Positions 24,525-35,249 of a stretch of 64,000 bases of DNA are shown piece after piece. The notes under the pieces were generated by a model that ran no database searches, was not told the DNA's origin, and worked only from the letters and a program-made list of their open reading frames with translations. The position numbers and the translations under genes were made by a program. Numbering within the stretch: the first letter of the stretch is position 1; every line of letters begins with the position of its first letter. Source of the stretch: Mobula hypostoma (Eukaryota); contig NC_086098.1 of NCBI RefSeq assembly GCF_963921235.1, forward strand, positions 2,852,001 through 2,916,000, read 5' to 3'.

Positions 24525-25033
24525 CACTCAATGGCCACTTTATTAGCTACCTCCTGTACTTAATAAAGTAGCCACTAGTATATGTTGGCGGTCTTCTGCT
24601 GCCGTAGTGCAACCTCTTCTACACGTCACTATAATAACATGTGGTTATCTGAGTTACTGTCACCTTCCTGCCAGCTTGAAACAGTCTGGCCATTCTCCGA
24701 CCTCTCTCATCAACCAAGTGTTTTTGCCCGCTGAACAGTCACTGACTGGATTTTTTATTGTTTTTCACACCATTCATACAGACCGTTGTGCATGAAAATC
24801 CCAGCAGGTCGGCTGTTTCTGAGATACACAAATCACCTCGTCTGGCACTAATGGTCTCAGACACTTAGATCATATTTTTTCCCCATTCTGATGTTTTGTC
24901 TGAACAATAATTGAACCTGTTGACCATGTCTGCGTGCTTTTACGCATTGAGTTGCTGCCACATGATTGGCTGAGTAGATATTTGCATTAATGAGCAGATG
25001 TACAGGTATGCCTAATAAAGTGGCCACTGAGTG
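24525..25033 (-). mobile_element. Non-autonomous Tc1-like element with both TIRs and TA TSD
   Basis: TA|CACTCAATGGCCACTTTATTAG ... CTAATAAAGTGGCCACTGAGTG|TA; MGKKYDLS transposase start. Confidence 0.9.
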
Positions 25034-25224
25034 TATGTGCTTTGATAACAAATTTATTTTGAAATTTGAACTTTAGATTCTACCCATTGGAGTTTTTCTT
25101 TTCTTTTGATAGTGTTTGACTTCAGTTTACGAGGGTTCCTTGAGTTTACACTTAGCCAAAACGCAGTCTTGAAGTTAAGGGCAGTCAATCTTGTCTCTCC
25201 TGCAGAATTTAGCTCTTTGGACCG

Positions 25225-25765
25225 TAAGACCATAAGATATAGGAGCAGAAGTAGGCCATTTGGCCCTTCGAGTCTGCTCTGCCATTCAATCATGGGCTGA
25301 TCCAATTCTTCCAGTCATCCCCACTCCCCTGCTTTCTCCCCATACCCTCTGATGCCCTGGCAAATCAAGAACCTATCTATCTCTGTCTTAAATATACCCA
25401 ATGACTTGACCTCGACAGCCACTTTATCTCCCCTTCAACCCCAGTTCCCGGCCTTCTTCATGTAGCCTTTGATGCCATGTCCAATCAAGAACCTGACCCG
25501 GCCTCCACAGCTGCTCGTGGCAACAAATTCCACAGATTTACCACCCTCTGACAAAAGTAATTTCTCCGCATCTTCAATCTTGAAGTCGTGCCCTCTTGTC
25601 CTGGACTCCCCTACCACGGGAAATAACTTTGCCATATCTAATCTGTTCACACCTTTTAATATTCAGAATGTTTCAATGAGATTCCCCCCTCATTTTCCTG
25701 AACTTCAGGGAATACAGCCCAAGAGCTTCCAGACGTTCCTCATACAGTAACCCTTTCATTCCTAG
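25225..25765 (-). mobile_element. CR1 3' fragment(s)
   Basis: LDMAKLFPVVGESRTRGH; (ATGGTCTT)n tail. Confidence 0.85.
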
Positions 25766-25984
25766 ATAGACTGTGTGAGGATGAAGGCAATGGTGAGGTG
25801 TGGAACAGGATGTGCTCGGCAAAACTCAAATTGTACAGTGGCAAATTTGTTACTGGGACTAAGTGTTGTGTGACAGCCTTGCTAATGGCACTTTCCATCA
25901 CTTTGTTAATGCTTGTGGATAACCTGATTGGCTGTAATTAGCTTCTCATGAATAAGAATCATCTGGGCAATTCCCCATGTTGTG

Positions 25985-27289
25985 GGGAATGGGCAAAGAA
26001 TTACAAATGAAATACAATGTTGGAAAGTATATGGTCATGCACTTCCGTGGAAGAAATAAACGGGCAGACTATTATTTAGATGGAGAGTGAATTCAAAATG
26101 CAGAGATGCAAAATGACTTGGGAGTCCTTGTTCAGGATACCCTAAAGGTTGAATCGGTGGTGAAGAAGGTAAATGCAATGTTAGCATTCATTTCTGGAGG
26201 TGTAGAATATAAGAGCAGGGATGTGATGTTGAGGTTCTATAAGGCACTCGTGAGACCACACTTGGAGTATTGTGTGCAGTTTTGGGCTTCTTATTTTAGA
26301 AAGGAAATACTGACATTGGACAGGGTTCAGAGAAGATTCACGAGAATGATTCCAGGAATGAAAGGGTTACCATATGAGGAACGTCTGGCAGCTCTTGGGC
26401 TGTATTCCCTGGAGTTCAGGAGAATGAGAGAGCATCTCATAGAAAACCTACAGCACAATACAGGCCCTTCAGCCCACAAAGCTGTGCTGAACATGTCCCT
26501 ACCTTAGAACTACCTAGGCTTTACCCATAGCCCTCTATTTTTCTAAGCTCCATGTAGCCATCCAGGAGTCTCTTAAAATACCCTATCGCTTCCCCCTCTA
26601 CCACCGCCGCTGGCAGTCCATTCCACGCACTCACCACTCTCTGCGTAAAAAACTTACCCCTGACATCTCCTCTGTACCTACTCCCAAGCACCTTAAAACT
26701 GTGCCCTCTCGTGCCAGCCATTTCAGCCCTGAGAAAAAGCCTCTGACTATCCACACGATCAATACCTCTCATCATCTTATACACCTCTATCAAGTCACCT
26801 CTCATCCTCCATCGCTCCAAGGAGAAAAGGCCAAGTTCACTCAACCTATTCTCATAAGGCATGCTCCCCAAACAGGCAACATCCTTGTAAATCTCCTCTG
26901 CACCCTTTCTATGGTTTCCACATATCTGCATATCTCATGGAAACATTCTGTATGTTAAAAGAATGAACAGATTAGATATGGCAAAGTTATTTCCCACAGT
27001 AGGACAAGAGGGCACGACTTCAGTATTGAAGAACGTCTATTTAGAACAGAGATGCTGAGAAATTACTTTAGTCAGAGGGTGGTAAATCTCCGGAATTTGT
27101 TGCCACAAGTGGCTGTGGAGGCCAAGTCATTGGGTGCAGTTAACACACTGCCAAGTTCATGCTGAAATGAATCTGCAATTTGCAGAGATAGATAGGTTCT
27201 TGATTAGCCAGGGCATCAAAGAGTAAGGGGAGAAGGCAGGGGAGTGGGGATGACATGACTGAATGAGCCTTCTTCTGCTCCTTCTTCTG
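25985..27289 (+). mobile_element. CR1 LINE 3' part, host of nested insertions; tail resumes at about 28466-28485
   Basis: ALVRPHLEYCVQFW..RVQRRFTRMIPGM; interrupted at 26442-26925 and at 27290. Confidence 0.9.
26442..26925 (-). mobile_element. CR1 3' fragment of a third subfamily, nested
   Basis: YENRLSELGLFSLE..RMRGDLIEVYK..FFTQRVVSAWNGLP; same subfamily as 62690-63180. Confidence 0.92.
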
Positions 27290-28465
27290 CTTTTGACAAG
27301 GTCCCACACAGGAGATTAGTGTGCAAACTTAAAGCACACGGTATTGGGGGTAAGGTATTGGTGTGGGTGGAGAATTGGTTGGCAGACAGGAAGCAAAGAG
27401 TGGGAATAAACGGGACCTTTTCAGAATGGCAGGCGGTGACTAGTGGGGTACCGCAAGGCTCAGTACTGGGACCCCAGTTGTTTACAATATATATTAATGA
27501 CTTGGATGAAGGAATTAAATGCAGCATCTCCAAGTTTGCGGATGACACGAAGCTGGGTGGCAGTGTTAGCTGTGAGGAGGATGCTAAGAGGATGCAGGGT
27601 GACTTGGATAGGTTGGGTGAGTGGGCAAATTCATGGCAGATGCAATTTAATGTGGATAAATGTGAAGTTATCCACTTTTGTGGAAAAAATAGGAAAACAG
27701 ATTATTATCTGAATGGTGGCTGATTAGAAGGGGAGGTGCAACGAGACCTGGGTGTCATTGTACGCCAGTCATTGAAAGTGGGCATGCAGGTACAGCAGGC
27801 GGTGAAAAAGGCGAATGGCATGCTGGCATTTATAGCGAAAGGATTCGAGTACAGGAGCAGGGAGGTACTACTGCAGTTGTACAAGGCCTTGGTGAGACCA
27901 CACCTGGAGTATTGTGTGCAGTTTTGGTCCCCTAATCTGAGGAAAGACATCCTTGCCATAGAGGGAGTACAAAGAAGGTTCACCAGATTGATTCCTGGGA
28001 TGGCAGGACTTTCATATGAAGAAAGACTGGATGAACTGGGCTTGTACTCATTGGAATTTAGAAGATTGAGGGGGGATCTGATTGAAACGTATAAAATCCT
28101 AAAGGGATTGGACAGGCTAGATGCAGGAAGATTGTTCCCGATGTTGGGGAAGTCCAGAACGAGGGGCCACAGTTTGAGGATAAGGGGGAAGCCTTTTAGG
28201 ACCGAGATTAGGAAAAACTTCTTCACACAGAGAGTGGTGAATCTGTGGAATTCTCTGCCACAGGAAACAGTTGAGGCCAGTTCATTGGCTATATTTAAGA
28301 GGGAGTTAGATATGGCCCTTGTGGCTAAAGGGATCAGGGGGTATGGAGGGAAGGCAGGTACAGGGTTCTGAGTTGGATGATCAGCCATGATCATACTGAA
28401 TGGCGGTGCAGGCTTAAAGGGCCGAATGGCCTACTCCTGCACCTATTTTCTATGTTTCTATGTTT
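27290..28465 (+). mobile_element. Young CR1, (ATGTTTCT)n subfamily, 5'-truncated
   Basis: ORFs 27319-27723 and 27736-28371 are nearly identical to the C-terminal half of the 843-aa ORF. Confidence 0.96.
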
Positions 28466-29474
28466 TTTATCTCATGGTCTTATGTGCTGGGCGCAAGAGT
28501 TGCCGCACTGGTATGGTCTCACAGATATCTTGTGTAGTTTTAAAGATTAGCTTTATTTGTCACGTGTACATTGAAACATGCCTTACATGATTAACTGTCA
28601 TGAACGAACAGGATGTTACAGTTTGCTTAATTAAATAAACTGTCATGGTGAAAATTGAATGTCTGACTGTGTTTGACCTGTCTTCCTCTCTTCCCACTAC
28701 TACCATTGGGCAGGAGGTACAGGAGTCTTGGGTCCCACACCACCAGTTTCAGGAGCAGTTAATGCCTTGCAACCGTCAGACTCCTGGACTAACTGCATTC
28801 GCTCAGCTGGCTGCATAGCCTGTGGACTCACTTTGCGGAACTCAGCAATTTATGCTCTCAGAATGAAATGTTTACTTTTTTAGTATTTGCCTGATTTGTG
28901 CACTTTTTCACGTCAGATGTTTGTCAGCCTTTGTTCTCTGTGGTTTTTCTATTTTTATTTTATTGTATTTCTTTACTTCCACTGGGTGCCAGCAAGAAAA
29001 TGGATCACAAAGTTGTGTATAAATTAGATAATAAATTCACTTTGACTTTGAACTTTGAATGCTCACCTCTGTGTTACTTAAATGTGCAGTATTGGCGTCT
29101 TTGAGCAAGCAGGGCAGGGTGACAAGTGTATCTCTTTGTTAAGCTTATAATTACAATAAAATGTTCCACAGCTGCTCTATACAAATGCACAAGCCTCAAG
29201 TGACCACTGATTAGTGGGAAGGACCTCGAGTTTCTATTCAAGGATGTATTGTACCTGTCAGCAGCCATGAAATAAACATCCTCTCACACAGTAGAGGATG
29301 TGCAGTTCTAGAGAACATCTTTATATCCTTAACACACTGCCAAGTTCATGCTGAAACGAATCTGCAATTTGCAGTGATATGGCACAAAGTTGGCACTTGC
29401 AAACCCAAAACAATTAGACAGTCTAACCTCTTACCAGCGTGAAAATCTGGCATGGGGCTTTGCAGAATAAATAC

Positions 29475-30155
29475 TGAAATATTGAAAGGCCTAGAGAAGC
29501 TGCATGTGGAGAGGAGCTTTGCAAAGGTGGGGGAGTCTAAGACCAGGAGCACAGCCTTAGAATAGTGGGATGTCCATTTAGAACAGAGACAAGGAGGAAT
29601 TTCTTTGGCGGAGAGTGATGAATTTGTGGAATTAATTTCCACAGATACGTGAGGAGGCCAAGTCATTGGGTATATTTAAATTGGAGGTTGATAGGCTCTT
29701 GATTAGGTTTTCGAAAGTTATGGGGAGAAGGCAGGAGAATGGGGTTGAGAAGATGGGGGAGTCTAGTACGAGAGGGCATGACTTAAGGATTGAAGGGCGC
29801 CCATTCAGAACAGAAATGCGAACAAATTTTTTTAGCCAGAGGGTGGTGAATCTATGGAATTTGTTGCCACGGGCAGCAGTGGAGGCCAAGTCATTGGGTG
29901 TATTTAAGGCAGAGATTGATAGGTATCTGAGTAGCCAGGGCATCAAAGGTTATGGTGAGAAGGCGGGGGAGTGGGACTAAATGGGAGAATGGATCAGCTC
30001 ATGATAAAATGGCGAAGCAGACTCGATGGGCTGAATGGCCGACTTCTGTTCCTTTGTCTTATGGTTTTATGGTCTTATAATAAATCAAGCCATGATGGAA
30101 TAGTGAAGGAGATTCAATGGGCTGAATGGCCTAATTCTGCTCTTATATCGTATGG
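29475..30155 (+). mobile_element. Old CR1 3' fragment with a younger CR1 3' end nested at about 29752-30077
   Basis: MGESSTRGHDLRIEGRPFRTE..FFSQRVVNLWN is near-identical to 55395-55720. Confidence 0.85.
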
Positions 30156-30335
30156 AACAGTGGAAGGGAGCAGCTATCTGAGTATGTAGTCAGAAGCATA
30201 GGTCTCTGGCCTAATAAACAGGCTTCAATCACAATCTGGATGTGTTGAGGAATTAGCTCTATAAAGTGAGATTACAGAATAGTTCCTCACATTCATATCC
30301 AGTCACAGTAGTAAGAGATTCTGCAGATGTTAGGT

Positions 30336-32911
30336 ATAGAAACATAGAAACATAGAAAATAGGTGCAGGAGTAGGCCATTCGGCCCTTCGAGCCTGCACC
30401 GCCATTTATTATGATCATGGCTGATCATCCAACTCAGAACCCAGCCTTCCCTCCATACCCCCTGACCCCTGTAGCCACAAGGGCCATATCTAACTTCCTT
30501 TTAAACATAGCTAATGAACTGGCCTCAACAGTTTGCTGTGGCAGAGAATTCCACAGATTCACCACTCTCTGTGTGAAGAAGTTTTTCCTAACCTCGGTCC
30601 TAAAAGGCTTCCCCTCTATCCTCAAACTGTGACCCCTCGTTCTAGACCTCCCCAACATCGGGAACAATCTTCCTGCATCTAGCCCGTCCAATCCCTTTAG
30701 GATCTTATACGTTTCAATCAGATCCCCCCTCAATCTTCTAAATTCCAACGAGTACAAGCCCAGTTCATCCAGTCTTTCTTCATATGAAAGACCTGCCATC
30801 CCAGGAATCAATCTGGTGAACCTTCTTTGTACTCCCTCTATGGCAAAGATGTCTTTCCTCAGATTAGGGGACCAAAACTGCACACAATACTCCAGGTGTG
30901 GTCTCACCAAGGCCTTGTACAACTGCAGTAGTACCTCCCTGCTCCTGTACTCGAATCCTCTCGCTATAAATGCCAGCATACCGTTCGCCTTTTTCACCGC
31001 CTGCTGTACCTGCATGCCCACTTTCAATGACTGGTGTATAATGACACCCAGGTCTCGTTGCACCTCCCCTTTTCCTAATCGGCCACCATTCAGATAATAA
31101 TCTGTTTTCCTATTTTTGCCACCAAAGTGGATAACTTCACATTTATCCACATTAAATTGCATCTGCCATGAGTTTGCCCACTCACCCAACCTATCCAAGT
31201 CACCCTGCATCCTCTTAGCATCCTCCTCACTGCTAACACTGCCACCCAGCTTCGTGTCATCCGCAAACTTGGAGATGCTGCATTTAATTCCCTCATCCAA
31301 GTCATTAATATATATTGTAAACAACTGGGGTCCCAGCACTGAGCCTTGCGGTACCCCACTAGTCACCGCCTGCCATTCTGAAAAGGTCCCGTTTATTCCC
31401 ACTCTTTGCTTCCTGTCTGCTAACCAATTCTCCACCCACACCAATACCTTACCCCCAATACCGTGTGCTTTAAGTTTGCACACTAATCTCCTATGTGGGA
31501 CCTTGTCAAAAGCCTTTTGAAAATCCAAATATACCACATCCACTGGTTCTCCCCTATCCACTCTACTAGTTACATCCTCAAAAAATTCTATGAGATTCGT
31601 CAGACATGATTTTCCTTTCACAAATCCATGCTGACTTTGTCCGATCATTTCACCGCTTTCCAAATGTGCTGTTATCACATCCTTGATAACTGACTCCAGC
31701 AGTTTCCCCACCACCGACGTTAGGCTAACCGGCCTATAATTCCCCGGTTTCTCTCTCCCTCCTTTTTTAAAAAGTGGGGTTACATTAGCCACCCTCCAAT
31801 CCTCAGGAACTAGTCCAGAATCTAACGAGTTTTGAAAAATTATCACTAATGCATCCACTATTTCTTGGGCCACTTCCTTAAGCACTCTGGGATGCAGACC
31901 ATCTGGCCCTGGGGATTTATCTGCCTTCAATCCCTTCAATTTACCTAACACCACTTCCCTACTAACATGTATTTCGCTCAGTTCCTCCATCTCACTGGAC
32001 CCTCTGTCCCTTACTATTTCTGGAAGATTATTTATGTCCTCCTTAGTGAAGACAGAACCAAAGTAATTATTCAATTGGTCTGCCATGTCCTTGCTCCCCA
32101 TAATCAATTCACCTGTTTCTGTTTGCAGGGGACCTACATTTGTCTTTATCAGTCTTTTCCTTTTTACATATCTATAAAAGCTTTTACAGTCCGTTTTTAT
32201 GTTCTCTGCCAGTTTTCTCTCATAATCTTTTTTCCCCTTCCTAATTAAGCCCTTTGTCCTCCTCTGCTGAACTCTGAATTTCTCCCAGTCCTCAGGTGAG
32301 CCACTTTCTCTGGCTAATTTGTATGCTACTTCTTTGGAATTGATACTATCCCTAATTTCTCTTGTCAGCCACGGGTGCACTACCTTCCTTGATTTATTCT
32401 TTTGCCAAACTGGGATGAACAATTGTTGTAGTTCATCCATGCAACCTTTAAATGCCTGCCATTGCATATCCACCGTCAATCCTTGAAGTGTCATTTGCCA
32501 GTCTATCTTAGCTAATTCATGTCTCATACCTTCAAAGTTACCCCTCTTTAAGTTCAGAACCTTTGTTTCTGAATTAACTACGTCACTCTCCATGTTAATG
32601 AAGAATTCCACCATATTATGGTCACTCTTACCCAAGGGGCCTCTCACGACAAGATCGCTAATTAACCCTTCCTCATTGCTCAAAACCCAGTCCAGAATAG
32701 CCTGCTCTCTAGTCGGTTCCTCGACATGTTGGTTCAAAAAACCATCCCGCATACATTCCAAGAAATCCTCTTCCTCAGCACCTTTACCAATTTGGTTCAC
32801 CCAGTCTACATGTAGATTGAAGTCACCCATTATAACTGCTGTTCCTTTATTGCACACATTTCTAATTTCCTGTTTAATACCATCTCCGACCTCACTACTA
32901 CTGTTAGGTGG
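30336..32911 (-). mobile_element. Young CR1 LINE, 5'-truncated in the endonuclease, inserted in a Penelope pLTR
   Basis: (ATGTTTCT)n tail at 30336-30358; short duplication GGTAT (30333 and 32910); flanks rejoin as AGATTCTGCAGATG..TCTTGAGCAACACACAC. Confidence 0.97.
30434..32911 (-). CDS. CR1 ORF2 (partial APE endonuclease, reverse transcriptase and C-terminus), uninterrupted about 825 codons, lacking its native start
   Basis: IMGDFN, ILDWVL, SDHN (APE); [42 protein letters not shown] (RT); no stop codons. Confidence 0.93.
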   Translation of the reverse strand, partial: PPNSSSEVGDGIKQEIRNVCNKGTAVIMGDFNLHVDWVNQIGKGAEEEDFLECMRDGFLNQHVEEPTREQAILDWVLSNEEGLISDLVVRGPLGKSDHNMVEFFINMESDVVNSETKVLNLKRGNFEGMRHELAKIDWQMTLQGLTVDMQWQAFKGCMDELQQLFIPVWQKNKSRKVVHPWLTREIRDSINSKEVAYKLARESGSPEDWEKFRVQQRRTKGLIRKGKKDYERKLAENIKTDCKSFYRYVKRKRLIKTNVGPLQTETGELIMGSKDMADQLNNYFGSVFTKEDINNLPEIVRDRGSSEMEELSEIHVSREVVLGKLKGLKADKSPGPDGLHPRVLKEVAQEIVDALVIIFQNSLDSGLVPEDWRVANVTPLFKKGGREKPGNYRPVSLTSVVGKLLESVIKDVITAHLESGEMIGQSQHGFVKGKSCLTNLIEFFEDVTSRVDRGEPVDVVYLDFQKAFDKVPHRRLVCKLKAHGIGGKVLVWVENWLADRKQRVGINGTFSEWQAVTSGVPQGSVLGPQLFTIYINDLDEGIKCSISKFADDTKLGGSVSSEEDAKRMQGDLDRLGEWANSWQMQFNVDKCEVIHFGGKNRKTDYYLNGGRLGKGEVQRDLGVIIHQSLKVGMQVQQAVKKANGMLAFIARGFEYRSREVLLQLYKALVRPHLEYCVQFWSPNLRKDIFAIEGVQRRFTRLIPGMAGLSYEERLDELGLYSLEFRRLRGDLIETYKILKGLDGLDAGRLFPMLGRSRTRGHSLRIEGKPFRTEVRKNFFTQRVVNLWNSLPQQTVEASSLAMFKRKLDMALVATGVRGYGGKAGF

Positions 32912-33482
32912 TATCTTGAGCAACACACACAAAATGCTGGAGGATCTCAGCAGGTCAAGCAGCATTTACGGAGGGAAATAAAAAAGTCAATGTTTCAGAC
33001 AAAGACCCTACTTCAAGACTGGAAAGGAAGGAGGAAGATGACAAAATCAGAAATCTGGGGAGTACAAGTCGGCAGGTGATTATTATGACCAGTTTAAACC
33101 AATTGTTTTAATAGCCCTATAGTGCTTTCCAGGTGGGAGCTTTTACTGGCGTCTTTCTATTTGTTGTTGTCAGATTATTTATTTCTTCCTTTTTCCCTTT
33201 TTCCCCTGGTGTATTCTCTTCTCCTATCAGATTCCCTCTTCTCCAGCCCTTTATCATTCCCACACACCCGGCTTCACCTATCACCTTCTATCTATCCTCT
33301 TTCATCTCCCCCACCTTTTTTCTGACATCTTTACCTTTCCTTTCCAGTTCTGAAGAAGGATCTTGTCCTGAAATGTTATTGTTTATTCATTTTCATAGAT
33401 GCTACCTGATCTGCTGAGTTCCTCCAGCATTTTGTGTGTGTTGCTCTGGATTTCTAGCACCTGCAGAGTCTCCTGTGTTTAT
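32912..33482. mobile_element. Penelope inverted pLTR pair, degraded
   Basis: CAACACACACAAAATGCTGGAGGA (32921) is mirrored by TCCTCCAGCATTTTGTGTGTGTTG (33420); decayed hammerhead at about 33345-33380. Confidence 0.75.
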
Positions 33483-34199
33483 GATTAACTATTTATTTTG
33501 TTTATTTCGAGGTGAGTGAGCCCATGACATCCAATTACACTATGTGAGCAGTTAACCGACTGACCCATACATCTTTGGAGTGTGGGAGGAAACCAGAGCA
33601 CTCAGTGGAAACCTACGTTGTTATGGGGAAAACATGACAGACAGGTGTTTTTGTGTGTTTTTTTGTGCAGCATCAGTTCCGGAGTAACAATTATTTCATT
33701 CTCCTATATATTTGTGTATAGGAAATTGCATTAAACAATCTTAAATCTTCAATGATAATTTTACATAACTTCATCAGATCTCCTGTCTTTCTTGTTAATC
33801 CTTTTCTCCTATTGCACTAACAATTAACTAATCTCTGAATTTCTAGCTCCTACTTTTCCCACTTGTGTCTTATCAGAGACCTTTCATTATCTTAAAGTCT
33901 TCTGTCAGGTCATCACTTACTCCATTATTTTCTAGAAGATTAAAAACCCGGTATCTATCCAATCTATCTTCAAAAGTATCACGTATTTAGTTTGGAATCA
34001 TCCCGTTATACGTCACTTTTGCAAATTTAGATATGCCACTTTGCCAAACACCTAGTCTTCCAAGGAATTCGAGGCATTATTAGCCATTAACACTTACACA
34101 TACGAGGAATTTGCTGAGGTGTGCTGGTCAGGGTACAAAGTGCAACAGAGCACAACAACTTTCAACAATTATACAGAATAAATGATTATATAAAAATGA

Positions 34200-35235
34200 A
34201 GACCATAAGATATAGAAATAGAATTAGGCCATTTGGTCCTTTCGAGTCTGTTCCACCATTTCATCATGACTGAGTTATTTTCTTTTTGACCACAGTCTCC
34301 TGTCTCCCCCTCTGTATCCCCTCATTCCCTGACCAGTCAAGAATCTAACAACCTCTGCCTTAAATATTCAAACCGACTTGGCCTCCACAGCTGCCCATGG
34401 CAAGAGAATTCCACAGATTTACCACTCTCTGGCTAAAGAAATTACTCCTCATCATCCAAATGGATGCCTCTCTATTCTGAGGCTGTGTCCTCTGGTCTCA
34501 GACTTTCGCATCATAGGAAACATACTCCCCGTATCCAATCTATCACAGTCTTTCAACATTCGATAGGTTTCAATTATGTCACACCCCATTCTTCTGAATT
34601 CCAGTGAATACAGTCCCACAGCCATCAAACACACTTCATATGACAAACCATTCAAACCTGGAATCATTTTTGTGAACCTCATTTGAACCTTCTCTACTTT
34701 TAGTGTATCTATTCTAAGAGGCCCAAAACTGCTCACAATACTACACGTGCTTTATAAAGTCTCAACATTACATACCTGCTTTTAAATGCTAGTCCTCTAA
34801 TCCTAAAGGTTAATCCACAAGGACTCCCAACTCCCTTTGTACCCCATTTTTTATTGTATTTTCTCTCCATTTGGAAAACAGTCAACCCTTGCATTTCTTC
34901 CACCAAAGTGCACACTCCATACCTTACTGCCACTGTATTCCATCTGCTGCTTCTTTAACCATTCTCCTAATTTTCTCTAAGTCTTTCTGTAGCCACTCTA
35001 ATTCCTCAAAACTACCTGCTCATCCACCTATCTTTATATCATCTGCAGACTTTGCAACAAAGCCAGCCATTCCATCACCCAAATCATTAACATATAATGT
35101 AAAAAGAATCGATCCCAAAACAGACCCCTGTAGAACATCACTAGCCAACCAGAAAAGCCTCCCTTTATGACCACTCTGCCCCCTGCCAATCAGCCACTGC
35201 TTTCTCCATGCAAGGATCTTCCCAGTAATCCCATG
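34200..35235 (-). mobile_element. CR1 3' half, degraded
   Basis: LLNKLQHHGITGKILAW; VLQGSVLG; FTKMIPGL.GLSYE. Confidence 0.88.
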
Positions 35236-35249
35236 GTGTTGTAGTTTGT

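Noticed and set aside
27705..28394. 229-aa minus-strand ORF and similar antisense ORFs
   Set aside because: Antisense shadow of CR1 ORF2.
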